Below the pieces are notes generated by a model. That model worked only from the letters and a program-made list of their open reading frames with translations, was not told where the DNA came from and did not search any database. Shown here in pieces: positions 7,648-17,270 of a stretch of DNA of 32,000 nucleotides. Source of the DNA: Candidatus Saccharimonadota bacterium (lineage in GTDB: Bacteria; Patescibacteriota; Gracilibacteria; Absconditabacterales; Absconditicoccaceae); the NCBI GenBank assembly GCA_965231145.1, contig OZ246420.1, forward strand, positions 1,050,001 through 1,082,000, in the 5' to 3' direction. A program made the translations under genes and the position numbers. The stretch's first letter is position 1. Every line of letters begins with the position of its first letter.

Positions 7648-8118
7648 TTATTTAACGTACTTTGCAAGATATGAGAATGCTTTATTAGCTTCTGCCATCT
7701 TGTGTACTTCTTCTTTTCTCTTGATAGCAGGACCCTGATTTGAATATGCAGCCATAAGTTCTTCTGCAAGCTTCTTATACATAGGTTTTCCTTTTTTACT
7801 TCTTGCAGCGTCAAGGAGCCACTTTGAAGCGAAGAAAAGCTTCTTATATGCTTTTACTTCGAGTGGTACCTGATAAACAGCACCTCCAATTCTCTTTGAC
7901 TTTACCATGATATCTGGAGCAGCATTTTCAAGTGCCGCCTCAAGTACAGCCGAAGGATTAAGATGTCCATTTGCCTTGATCTCGTTCATTGTGTCATTGT
8001 AGATCTTAAGAGCAACTGTTCTCTTTCCTTCTTTCATGATATAATTGATGAACTTTTGAGCTTTTTGATCGCTCGTTGGAAGTCCAAGATATGCTGGCTT
8101 TTCGTACTTTTTACCCAT
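7648..8118 (-). CDS. rpsG: 30S ribosomal protein S7
   Basis: Uninterrupted track ORF with typical S7 sequence (..KRIGGAVYQVPLEV.., ..EVHKMAEANKAF). Confidence 0.95.
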   Translation of the reverse strand: MGKKYEKPAYLGLPTSDQKAQKFINYIMKEGKRTVALKIYNDTMNEIKANGHLNPSAVLEAALENAAPDIMVKSKRIGGAVYQVPLEVKAYKKLFFASKWLLDAARSKKGKPMYKKLAEELMAAYSNQGPAIKRKEEVHKMAEANKAFSYLAKYVK

Positions 8119-8242
8119 TCTTCGTAAGAAATGCTATATAATAAAAGCGTGTTGCGGACAGCCATATCCACTTGCTGCCTTCACTGGCAGGTTCTGAACC
8201 TTCATATGTTATTGTATTCTCCAAATCTAACGAATGTCTAGA

Positions 8243-8662
8243 TTATTTTTGCTTAGGTCTCTTGTTTCCATAAAGTGATCTACTCTGTCTTCTTGCTTCT
8301 ACTGGATTTGAGTCGTATACACCACGAACGATATGGTACTTCACACCCGGGAGGTCTTTTACTCTTCCTCCACGAACAAGAACCACACTATGTTCCTGAA
8401 GCGTGTGCTTTTCACCTGGGATGTAAGCGATCACTTCCATACCATTTGAAAGTCTTACCTTCGCGATTTTACGCTGCGCAGAGTTCGGTTTCTTAGGTTT
8501 CTGTACAGTTACCTTAAGACATACTCCTCTCTTGAAAGGCGCAGAAATAGCGACCTTCTTGTTTGATTGCAACTTGTTTACACCAAACTGAAGCGCAGGC
8601 GCTTTAGACTTATATTTTTTCTTCTCTCTTCCGTTCTTAATAAGCTGATTGATAGTAGGCAT
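8243..8662 (-). CDS. rpsL: 30S ribosomal protein S12
   Basis: [12 protein letters not shown]... and [11 protein letters not shown]...[20 protein letters not shown] are S12 hallmarks. The track ORF was trimmed to ATG 8662. Confidence 0.95.
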   Translation of the reverse strand: MPTINQLIKNGREKKKYKSKAPALQFGVNKLQSNKKVAISAPFKRGVCLKVTVQKPKKPNSAQRKIAKVRLSNGMEVIAYIPGEKHTLQEHSVVLVRGGRVKDLPGVKYHIVRGVYDSNPVEARRQSRSLYGNKRPKQK

Positions 8663-8819
8663 TTGAAAGCCAAAAATAGAATAAAAAACGTGCTCTCGAC
8701 GAGCGTCTTTGATCAACTATATGATTTCGCCTGGTGATTTCAAGACAAAATGAGCTCTGATGAGGACAATCTCAGAAGTATGCAAAAATATGTCGTCACT
8801 TTTCTTTATAAAGTCAAAC

Positions 8820-8840
8820 AAAAAAGGGCCTTATGGCCTC
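8820..8840 (-). terminator. Putative intrinsic terminator after the DUF1003 gene
   Basis: Minus-sense GGCC-ataa-GGCC followed by CTTTTTTGT. The stem is short, so this is tentative. Confidence 0.4.
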
Positions 8841-8850
8841 TTTTGTATTT

Positions 8851-9420
8851 TTATGACTCTTGTGTGTTAGCTTTATTTTCTATAGAAATGTTATTGTGTT
8901 GTATCATATTCAATTGAATTTCTTGTATCTCCATAAGCGTTTGCCATTTCTTCATAAGGAGATGATCTAGTTTTTCGTGAAGCGTGCGTATTTCAATTTC
9001 CGCTTTCAGGTTTACCTTATAATCATTTTCTGCGCGAAGACGATCTCTTGCTGCTTGTCTATTTTGACTCATCATAATGATAGGAGCCTGAAGCGCTGCT
9101 ATACATGAGAGACACAGATTGAGCAGGATAAATGGATACGTATCCCACGCCCTTTTACCGAGCATAACATTGAGGGTCATCCACAGAACTAGCACAGAAA
9201 GAAAAATAATAATGAATGTTCGACTACCCCCAAATGTAGCTACCTTATCCGCAATGCGCTGGCCAAATGTAAGCTCTTCGTCGTAATTGTCATTTATATT
9301 TTCAGAAAGCAGTTCTTTTTCCTTAATACTACGAAGTACCTCATCAAGATCTTCCTTGTCGGCAGTGAGGATGCTTTTGATATATTCCGACTGATTGTGT
9401 GAAAACTCTTCGAGATTCAT
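8851..9420 (-). CDS. DUF1003 domain-containing membrane protein
   Basis: Uninterrupted track ORF. The stretch FGGSRTFIIIF...WDTYPFILLNLCLSCIAALQAPIIMMSQNRQAARDR matches the DUF1003 core. Confidence 0.8.
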   Translation of the reverse strand: MNLEEFSHNQSEYIKSILTADKEDLDEVLRSIKEKELLSENINDNYDEELTFGQRIADKVATFGGSRTFIIIFLSVLVLWMTLNVMLGKRAWDTYPFILLNLCLSCIAALQAPIIMMSQNRQAARDRLRAENDYKVNLKAEIEIRTLHEKLDHLLMKKWQTLMEIQEIQLNMIQHNNISIENKANTQES

Positions 9421-9553
9421 TGGGATTACTGATGTATAAAATATCTATAGACTAAGTATATGAAGATCGTCAAAAAATGCAAAAAATGAATAGAAAAAAT
9501 GACCTAAAACAAGTCGCTTTGTAATGTCAATGTTGTGTGCTATAGTTTTTTGT

Positions 9554-9583
9554 ATAAAAAAATCCTGGCATTACAACCAGGAT
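9554..9583 (-). terminator. Intrinsic terminator after rseP
   Basis: Minus-sense AATCCTGG-ttgtaatg-CCAGGATT followed by TTTTTTT, 13 nt after the TAG at 9596-9598. Confidence 0.7.
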
Positions 9584-9595
9584 TATTAATGCGAG

Positions 9596-10798
9596 CTAGA
9601 AGCCCCAAATATGCACACCCCACGCTCTGACAAGATCAAGCAAAAGAATATACACTCCAAGCCCCATAAGGAGGATAAAGAATGTGAGATTGATCCGACT
9701 TTCGACTGCGAAGTATTTCGCCGGGCGAAGCCCAAACACCTTCTGGATGATAACACCGAGCAGCCTTCACCCATCGAGCGCAGGTATCGGTAAAAGATTG
9801 AAAAATGCCAATGCAAGGGAGATAAGTCCCCCGAACATAAGGAACTGGATCCATCCACCACTCTGGATGATGAATTCGCCTACGCGAGCCGCGCCAACTG
9901 GTCATGAGAGGTTTTGGAGCGCTTGTTGTCTGTCTGCTTTCTTCGATGATACCGCATTGGTAATAATGCCGCCAAGAGCTGGAAAGGTAAGTTTTGCTTG
10001 AGCAACGATCTCATGAGCTGCTTTACCCATAGCGATGTGCGGTGGATATTTGATAGGAAGTATTTGTTCTGTCGAATTGTTTTCCATAAAGATGCCAAGT
10101 ACACATGTTTGTGTAGGACACGGAAGTGAGATAGTCTGCTCTGCGTCTGCTCTGCGATACGTCAGCGGTACTGTTTGCCCTATCTGATCTTTCAACACCT
10201 GAGAGATATTTTGATTGTTCACTGGCCTTCCGTTAATAGAAAGGATAGCATCTCCAGAAACAAGACCAATTGTCGCACCAAGCTGTCCAGGAACCACCTC
10301 TATGATTTGTGCCGTACCCGTCACCACAGTTCATGAGATAAGTCACTGACTGTGAAGATATGAATATGTTGGCATGAGAAGACTTTCTGATTTGCCAACA
10401 ATGAAGTTATCCGGTATAACTTGAATTGGCTGCACGCCATGCCGGAAGCCTATCGTAAAAATAAGCCATGCTGCGATAAAGTTCATGATCACTCCTCCAA
10501 GCAGAATAATCACTTTATTCCAAAATTTTGCTTTCAGAAAACTATCTTTCTCGCTAAATGCTCCATCATCATGTGGGCTTTCACCCTTAATGCGAACAAA
10601 ACCTCCGAGAGGCAAAAGACGAAGATTGAAAGTTGTACCCTTCTTATCTTTTCACAATGTTAATACTTTAGGTCACATCCCGACCGCAAACTCGTGCACA
10701 GTTACTCCTGACTTACGTGCCGCGATAAAATGTCCAAATTCGTGGATAACGACAAGCACCACGAGTAATATGATGAACGCTATAATTGCTACTGCCAT
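9596..10798 (-). CDS. rseP: RseP-type site-2 zinc metalloprotease (M50) with PDZ domain
   Basis: Track ORFs 10343-10615 and 9902-10327 plus flanks are one frame from ATG 10798 to TAG 9596-9598. There are 6 in-frame TGA (upper coordinates 10675, 10654, 10345, 10333, 9904, 9769). Motifs: HEFGHF, a central PDZ-like segment, and [11 protein letters not shown]. Confidence 0.85.
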
Positions 10799-10876
10799 AT
10801 ACTATCTGATCTAATAAAGCAAATGAAATATCAATATATTGAAACACAGCCTACAATCAATAACTTATTAACACAG

Positions 10877-10921
10877 AACCTAAGCCTAATAGAGAAAAAT
10901 CAGTTTTTAGTTTTAGGATTT
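10877..10921. repeat. Imperfect palindrome of CCTAA/TTAGG-type words (second palindrome type, copy 2)
   Basis: aaCCTAAgCCTAAtagagaaaaatcagttTTTAGttTTAGGatt. Its right arm (cagtttttagttttaggatttta) resembles the right arm of the 625-679 element (cagttttgagatttaagtttta). It lies in the divergent rseP/tatD spacer. Confidence 0.3.
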
Positions 10922-10943
10922 TAATTTTCAGTTTATGCGCTAA

Positions 10944-11771
10944 ATGAGATATTATGACAGCCACACACATTTGAATAGCGATGCACTCTATCTAAACTGG
11001 AAAGAACATCTGCAAAAGTTTATTGATATATGATGAAAAGGATTGGTGAATATTTGAGTAGATGAAGAATATAATACGAAGGCGATCGAGATAGCTCGCG
11101 AAGCGAAAGATGCGAGGATGGACTGTCGAGTGAAAGCAACCATGGGATATCATCCGAGTGAAGTGTGTTTCGGAAATATTACTGAAGAAAATATTATTCA
11201 AAAAATATCTGACCTTCGTTCTCAATTCAAAAGCCTCAATTCTCAATATCTCATTGCAGTGGGAGAATGCGGCATAGATACGCACTATGAGTGAGATCCA
11301 CAGATCGAACTGCAGAAGAAATTATTTCGTATGCAATGTGAACTGGCGAAAGAATTTCAATTGCCAATCGTCATACACTCACGCGATGATTTTGAAAGTA
11401 CGTTTGATGTGATAAAAGATTTTAAAGAAGAAAAAATATATTTTCACTGCTTTGGATATAGTGCAGAGGAAATAAGAAAGCTTCAGGAATATTTTCCACA
11501 TATTCGATTTGGGTTTTGTGGAAATATAAGTTATCCGAAAGCACAGTCCCTGCGCGATGCGCTGCTCGCTTGTGATGTGAATAATATCGTCTTGGAAACA
11601 GATGCCCCTTGGCTTTCGCCACAAGCAGTGAGATGAGAAATGAATGAGCCGGCGAACGTGAAATATATTTATGAGTATATCGCACAGCTATTAGCAATGC
11701 CTTTAGAGGAGCTCTGTAACGCCGTTGAAAATAATATAAACAATTTATATAACATACAAGATAATTCGTAA
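10944..11771 (+). CDS. tatD: TatD-family metal-dependent hydrolase/DNase
   Basis: Track ORF 11331-11636 plus flanks are one frame from ATG 10944 to TAA 11769-11771, with 5 in-frame TGA (11031, 11034, 11055, 11292, 11634). Motifs: DSHTHL, GECGID, IHSRDD, HCF, ETDAPWL. Confidence 0.85.
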
Positions 11772-11796
11772 TTTTTAATTCGTAATTCGTAATTGA

Positions 11797-12183
11797 ATGA
11801 ATAGGCCTGTACACTTTGAAATACACGCGGACGACATGGATCGCTGCGAGAAATTTTATACAGAACTCTTTGGATGGAAGTTTACCAAGCGGGAAGGCGG
11901 TGATGCCGAGTATAGAATGATCGTCACAGGAGAAGGAATTGGCATCAATGGAGGTATGGTAAAACGCATTGGTCGTACTCCAACACAAGACGATCCCGTA
12001 AAGGGAAATGTCTGTACTATGGAAGTAGAATCTGTTGACTCTATGACGGAGAAAGCAGTTGCTCTTGGAGCCATCGTTGCAGTTCCCAAGATGCCTATCC
12101 CGGGGATGGGATGGTTAGCATATCTTATTGATACAGAGAAAAACATCTTCGGCATCATGCATAATGATACAAGTGCGAAGTAA
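11797..12183 (+). CDS. VOC-family (glyoxalase/bleomycin-resistance fold) protein
   Basis: Uninterrupted track ORF. The N-terminus VHFEIHADDMDRCEKFYTELFGWKF and C-terminus GMGWLAYLIDTEKNIFGI are typical of small VOC proteins. Confidence 0.7.
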   Translation: MNRPVHFEIHADDMDRCEKFYTELFGWKFTKREGGDAEYRMIVTGEGIGINGGMVKRIGRTPTQDDPVKGNVCTMEVESVDSMTEKAVALGAIVAVPKMPIPGMGWLAYLIDTEKNIFGIMHNDTSAK

Positions 12184-12202
12184 CAGCCATCCATACTACA
12201 AT

Positions 12203-12244
12203 AAAATAGAAGATCAAAAAATGATTTTCTATTTTTTATTTTTT
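12203..12244 (+). terminator. Intrinsic terminator after the VOC gene
   Basis: AAAATAGAAGATCA-aaaaa-TGATTTTCTATTTT forms a 14-bp AT-rich stem, followed by a T-rich run. Confidence 0.6.
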
Positions 12245-12258
12245 ACAAAATTTTCGAT

Positions 12259-12279
12259 AAAAAAAACGCCCAAGGGCGC
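12259..12279 (-). terminator. Intrinsic terminator after the spermidine-synthase-like gene
   Basis: Minus-sense GCGCC-cttg-GGCGT followed by 8 T, starting directly after the TAA at 12280-12282. Confidence 0.55.
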
Positions 12280-13722
12280 TTAATTCTTATGACCATAGAA
12301 CATTTTTACTTTATCTATCTCTACTGACTCTCTGTCATCGGTATATACATCTTTATTATTATCTCATGTATAAGAGATCGCATCGCTAAATGGTCTTGAA
12401 GTAACAAGAAAATTAGTAAGATATGCTGGGCTATTTGAAACATCCTTATACCACACAGAACCCCATGCATTATGGATCGTTTGCAAAGCATGCTGCGCAA
12501 AGTCACTTTTTAGCTCTGTATCCATGATCATATTAAGGATAACACTATCCGAGATTTTCTTCAGATCAGTGAAAAACTCCCTTGTCATAAGCTCTTCCGG
12601 AACCGACGTTCCTATATATGCATCGACTAGTATCGTATCGTAATGCTTTTTCTGAGCTATTGCATCTTTCAAAAAACCCCTTGCTGACTGAGGGAAAAAT
12701 GCAATCTCCTCGTGAAGCGGCTTCTGAAGAAAATATTTTTCTGCAATAGGTTTCACAGATGGATCCACATCCACCGTATCTACCTTTACTATTTCGTCCC
12801 TGCGAGCCATCTCTTCAGGATAGGTAAATCCAGCTGCTCCTATGACTAATATCTTTTTTTCTCATGACACTGCAGATAGCTTATTTCGAGAGTCAGTGAC
12901 CTCGACCGCAGAACGGACATATCCAAACCAGCTACTGTTGGTTTTGGTGTCTATAGAACTCGCATACCCACCATCCAAAAGCATGATACGAAACGTACGG
13001 TCACCACGCCACTGCTCCTGAATCTCAATATGCTGATATGGACTATCATGCGTATAGAGCGCCTCGACCTTCGGCCTTCCTATGAACAAGATTAGAGCTA
13101 AGATGAGTCCGGCAATTCCTATTCGTGGGATGCGTTTCTGGTAGATTATCATGGCAATATGACACACCAGCAACAAACCAGCGGTTAGATAGCCTACCTG
13201 CGTCACCCCAAGTGACGGAAATAAGACAGTCGTCGTCAGCACACTTCACAGAAATGAACCAAGCGTCGAGACAAAAAGGATTTTCCCGGCTGCAAGTCAC
13301 TTATTTCCGCTGGTAAGCTGGGTTATCATAGGCATCGTATGCGATGCGGCAGCAACTGGCAGAAAGAAAAACAGCAGAGCAAAGACAAAAAGCGCTGGTA
13401 TATAGCTCATTTTCTGCATAAGACCGAGCAAAAGTTCATGCTGAAGCGGGAAAACCAAGCATATATAATAGATTGCTGCTGCAAAAAGAAGCCATGAAAG
13501 CACCTTTGCAATCTTATGCTCAGACAAGCGAGCCGTCAGTTTTCCCCCATACCAATAGCCCACGGCCAAAGCAAGGAGTATAACCCCAATCACTACTGAT
13601 GTCAGTACAATGCTTGATCCCACTAAAGGCACGGCGCTTCTTAGCGCTACCAACTGCATAGCTAGCGTCGTAAAACCCTCGACAAGAACAACAAAAAGTA
13701 ACAAATATGCCATAGAAATCAT
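12280..13722 (-). CDS. Membrane-fused spermidine-synthase-like protein (polytopic N-terminal domain plus aminopropyltransferase/SAM-MTase fold)
   Basis: Track ORFs 13297-13788, 12862-13242 and 12364-12810 share one frame, continued to TAA 12280-12282, with 4 in-frame TGA (lower coordinates 13297, 13246, 12862, 12364). The N-terminal ~200 aa is hydrophobic. The C-terminal part has KILVIGAAGFTY, VDTVDVDP and YDTILVDAY. The start is uncertain: 13722 preferred, 13788 or 13713 possible. Confidence 0.7.
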
Positions 13723-13792
13723 GCTTACAAAACAAAAGACTCCTCTTCTATACAAAATCGCTGCAGAAAAACAATATCTCGCGCGCAAAAAT

Positions 13793-13821
13793 TTGCAAAA
13801 AAAACCGCTTGCCGGTATAAT
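13793..13821 (+). promoter_or_regulatory. Sigma70-like promoter for the 753-aa ORF
   Basis: TTGCAA (13793-13798), a 17-nt spacer, then a perfect TATAAT (13816-13821). It lies 38 nt upstream of ATG 13860. Confidence 0.45.
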
Positions 13822-13859
13822 AAATACATATTAATTTAGTGTTTTCTCCTCACTCTCCG

Positions 13860-16121
13860 ATGGAACCACAAGTGCAAACAGCCGAACAAGAAACAAAGAA
13901 AATTATCGCGACATATCAGAAGGTTTATGATCTTATCTTTACCTATAGTATTTTCGTGGTGATGATCGTGCTGAGTTTCATCGCAGCCCTACTCCTGAAA
14001 CCAAGTTCTTTTGCAAGTACTACAAATGAAATTTCAATCCTTTCTATCCAAAAACCGTTTACTCCAACCCTTCTGCAGTCAGGAGACGCATATATTGCAA
14101 AAGGGATCATGCTCAATCCACAGATTGACAATATTCCTTTTTCCCTTTCGATCCTTCAAGGGTTCATCAGCGTTTCTCCGGAAGCACAAATGGGATATGG
14201 CGCACTAGGTTATCATAGCGGCATCATGCTTCCCCTTTCTATCAATCTTATCAACCACGAAAACAGCAACTACACAAGAGAGTTCTTTGCGACAGAGAGT
14301 TATCCTGCAGAGGAACTTGATAATTTCATCAAGGATACCATCCTCACTTATCCAGTAAAAAACATCCAGACAAGCCTCTACCAATATAAACCAGGAGATA
14401 TAGGACTGACTGACGCATCTATACCTAAGAACGTCAACATGAGCACAGAAAATTCACTGAGCGATCTTTTTGGTCTCAAGTGTCTGACAAGCTGGCACCT
14501 TACCAACTATTTTTGTTATAAAAATACTGAGCACTTCGTTTCGCGCATCCCCTATATGGCGTTTGACAAAAATCTGAGTGAACTCTCATCACTCGTAGGC
14601 GACATACTGAAAACTCCTTACAAGAAAAGCTTCTGTGATAATCTTCTGTATACATTCAGCAGAAGCGCAACCAGCGCAAGAGAATGGGAACTAATGTTTT
14701 CAGAATGTGGAGACACATATACACAAGCGTATCATAGAATAACTGATTTTGCTACCGCGACATATGAACTGCAGGGAATCTCAAATACCAAGCTCTATGC
14801 GGATGACGATATCAATATTTTCAAACTTCTTTCGCTTCAGCAGAAGATCTACCAAAACACACTACAGAAAAACTATGATATCAGCACTATCGATGTCTAT
14901 CTTTCATTCGTACAAGATCTTCTTACCAAAAGACCAAATATAGAACAAATCTATAAAGACATCGTCTATGTGTACAACAATAAATATCTCCAGTCTATAT
15001 TGACTCAAATCGCCATACGCAACAACAATACCAAAGCAATGCTCAGACTGACAGACGTCATAAAGTCTATCAACGATGGAAGCATCCATCTCAAAAGAAT
15101 GATCAATAATACAGGACTGATAGCGTATATCGAATCTGCCAAAGGAGAGACAGTCTCACAGCCTAATCTTGTCACCTTCCAGGATCTTTTTGCAAGCAAG
15201 TTCACGACATTTGAAAACTTTATTGTGACCAACCAGAAGGTAGACAACGCTTCGTTGGAAGCGGAAATAGAAGGATATTTTGTAGTGAATACCGATGGAA
15301 GAGAAAGAAAAGTGCTCTTTATAGGAAACTATATTTTCAGCAACGATAGCTTTATCCTTACTTCTGCATCGTTCCCTCAAAACACCTATCTTGAGGTAGC
15401 ACTCAATAAGCTTATTCGCGAACAACAAGCTAGATCGATCGACATACCATTTGTATATGAGTATATCAGAAACAACAGTAGCGACTCTCAGGTTGTGCAA
15501 ACAGTAAGTATCTGTGATCTTATCAGCGCAAGGATAGCATGGACAGAGTGTAATACAACAAGCGCCCTCTTTGAAGAAGACACCTACCGCGTGGTATTTA
15601 TGTTTGAGGGATATAAGATCGCGTCTATCTCAGCACAAGAAGACAAGCTCACAGACACACTTACTTCTACCCTCAATGGAAAGATCACTACGCAAGAAAA
15701 CATAGGGACTGTTATTAGAGATCTGATCAAGCTCGCATCAAATTATAATAGTGGACAACAGCCCACTGACGTAGCAACAGGTGTTGATACCAATCAATTT
15801 ACTATCATTAGTAAGTTTAGACAATTCTTTGGTATCGCTCCAGAAAGCATCACACTCAATAGCGGCAAGTATCTGACAGAGTTTAAGCTCGGCGACATGC
15901 ATATTATCACAGCCATCGACGTGCAAAGCAACTATAAGATGTTTCCTATAGGTATAAAAAGAGGTGGTCAGGTCATAAGAATCAATAACTTTTCTTTGAA
16001 CCTTACCAATGCCTCCCTGACCGACATTAATCAATTCAAGGCAAGTCCTTGGGAGTATGTCAAGAAGCTTGATCCCGCAGCGTACGAACTTGCCTATCCA
16101 AAAGCTGCCGGACAGCAATAA
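13860..16121 (+). CDS. Orphan large membrane-anchored protein (753 aa), function unknown
   Basis: Longest ORF in the window, with no in-frame TGA, ending in TAA. The track starts it at GTG 13839, and I prefer ATG 13860. It has a single N-terminal hydrophobic helix (IFVVMIVLSFIAALLL) followed by about 700 aa that are Asn/Ser/Thr/Ile-rich with scattered Cys. I recognise no motif. Confidence 0.75.
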   Translation: MEPQVQTAEQETKKIIATYQKVYDLIFTYSIFVVMIVLSFIAALLLKPSSFASTTNEISILSIQKPFTPTLLQSGDAYIAKGIMLNPQIDNIPFSLSILQGFISVSPEAQMGYGALGYHSGIMLPLSINLINHENSNYTREFFATESYPAEELDNFIKDTILTYPVKNIQTSLYQYKPGDIGLTDASIPKNVNMSTENSLSDLFGLKCLTSWHLTNYFCYKNTEHFVSRIPYMAFDKNLSELSSLVGDILKTPYKKSFCDNLLYTFSRSATSAREWELMFSECGDTYTQAYHRITDFATATYELQGISNTKLYADDDINIFKLLSLQQKIYQNTLQKNYDISTIDVYLSFVQDLLTKRPNIEQIYKDIVYVYNNKYLQSILTQIAIRNNNTKAMLRLTDVIKSINDGSIHLKRMINNTGLIAYIESAKGETVSQPNLVTFQDLFASKFTTFENFIVTNQKVDNASLEAEIEGYFVVNTDGRERKVLFIGNYIFSNDSFILTSASFPQNTYLEVALNKLIREQQARSIDIPFVYEYIRNNSSDSQVVQTVSICDLISARIAWTECNTTSALFEEDTYRVVFMFEGYKIASISAQEDKLTDTLTSTLNGKITTQENIGTVIRDLIKLASNYNSGQQPTDVATGVDTNQFTIISKFRQFFGIAPESITLNSGKYLTEFKLGDMHIITAIDVQSNYKMFPIGIKRGGQVIRINNFSLNLTNASLTDINQFKASPWEYVKKLDPAAYELAYPKAAGQQ

Positions 16122-16142
16122 TCGGTGTTGTTTTTCAGCAAG

Positions 16143-16185
16143 GTTTCCTTATTACAGCCTCATGGTATCCGGTAACTAAGGAAAC
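16143..16185 (+). promoter_or_regulatory. Hairpin sequestering the Shine-Dalgarno sequence of the exonuclease gene
   Basis: GTTTCCTTATTAC (16143-16155) pairs with GTAAcTAAGGAAAC (16172-16185), with one bulged C. The 3' arm contains AAGGA and ends 1 nt before ATG 16186. No T-run follows. Confidence 0.4.
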
Positions 16186-17181
16186 ATGTACAAGAAACTG
16201 TCACTCAGCGAACTTAGCAAATTACATACAGGATTTTTTGAGCACCTACAATCACTCTACAAGAAAGAAAGATGTCAGCTTTTAAAAGAATACCTGAAGA
16301 TAGCATTTAAAGATGGGGACGATCTCTACTATTTCAGAGAGTGAAGCCCTTATTTTAGGTTAAGCAAAAAGGCAGATAGTTCTATCATCTTTGCCGACGA
16401 AGTAGAAAAGATCGAGCTACATGCATCGGCTGACGATATTATGCAATTGCACAACCTTCTGAAAGCAGAAAAAGCTCTGACAAAAAACATGAAAGCAAAC
16501 CTGAGCATCAGAGAAATCCTCGAGGAAGAATTTTCAAACAACGAATGGAGAACCATTAACGGCAAGCCATATATCGTCTACGATATCGAAACAGAAAATG
16601 TTACCAGTACGAACCTTGCGACACATCAATTTACTATAGCATATGTCATGTTCTCGGAAACAGGAGAATACAAGCTTATTACCCAAGAAAACATGAAGAA
16701 ATTTATGGATTTTCTCCTCAACTTTGATGGATATATCATTGGATTTAATCATATATGATACGACAATATCGTTATGGCCTACAATGCGTGATATAGTCAC
16801 GAAGAAATAGAAACACTCAATCATAAAAGTATCGATCTCTTTCTCTTTGTCTACCGCCTTATCCAAAGAAGAATGAGTCTTAATAAGCTTGGCGCTGCGT
16901 TGGTAGGAGCAAAAAAAACATTAGAGTCAGGCATGGAAGGAATAGCCCTCTGGAAGAAATATAAGGAAGAGGGAGACGAAAAAGCATATGCAGCGTTTAA
17001 AAAATATTGTAAGAACGATGTCACTCTTACCCACCTCATCCTCCTGTACTTCCTTAAGTACCAAAAACTTTCAGGAGAGTGACAAGACATCACCTTTGAT
17101 GAAAGCATGCTTCTTTCTCTGAGCAAAGCATCGAAAGAAGAAGCGACAAAGGTAACAGCACAACAATCTATGTTCTCGTAA
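16186..17181 (+). CDS. DEDDy-type 3'-5' exonuclease-like protein (RNase H-like fold, YprB/PolB-exo-like)
   Basis: Track ORFs 16441-16758 and 16873-17082 plus flanks are one frame from ATG 16186 to TAA 17179-17181, with 4 in-frame TGA (16342, 16756, 16789, 17080). Motifs: Exo I IVYDIETEN, Exo II IIGFNHIGYDN (its G is TGA), Exo III KYCKNDV. The first ~130 aa have no recognisable motif. Confidence 0.55.
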
Positions 17182-17182
17182 T

Positions 17183-17249
17183 AGCAATTGGATTCTAGAT
17201 TTTAGATGTTGGCAGGATGCTATAATCTAAAATCTAATATCTAACTGCC
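17183..17249. repeat. TAGAT-word palindromic element, copy C (67 bp)
   Basis: agcaatTGGATtcTAGATttTAGATgttggcaggatgctataATCTAAaATCTAAtATCTAActgcc. It starts 1 nt after the exonuclease stop and ends 21 nt before the methyltransferase start. Confidence 0.85.
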
Positions 17250-17270
17250 TCTTTATTACTATATAAGTTA

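Noticed and set aside
11762-11796. A tandem 7-mer (TAATTTT TAATTCG TAATTCG TAATTGA) between tatD and the VOC gene, with a similar ATAATTCATAATTC at about 26883.
   Set aside because: It is a very short AT-rich tandem repeat in a 25-nt spacer, compatible with slippage or chance. There is no structure or second good copy to support a function.
13860-16185. A diversity-generating retroelement or other repeat-based variation system associated with the large orphan protein.
   Set aside because: There is no reverse transcriptase gene. I could find no template/variable repeat pair in or after the gene by eye.
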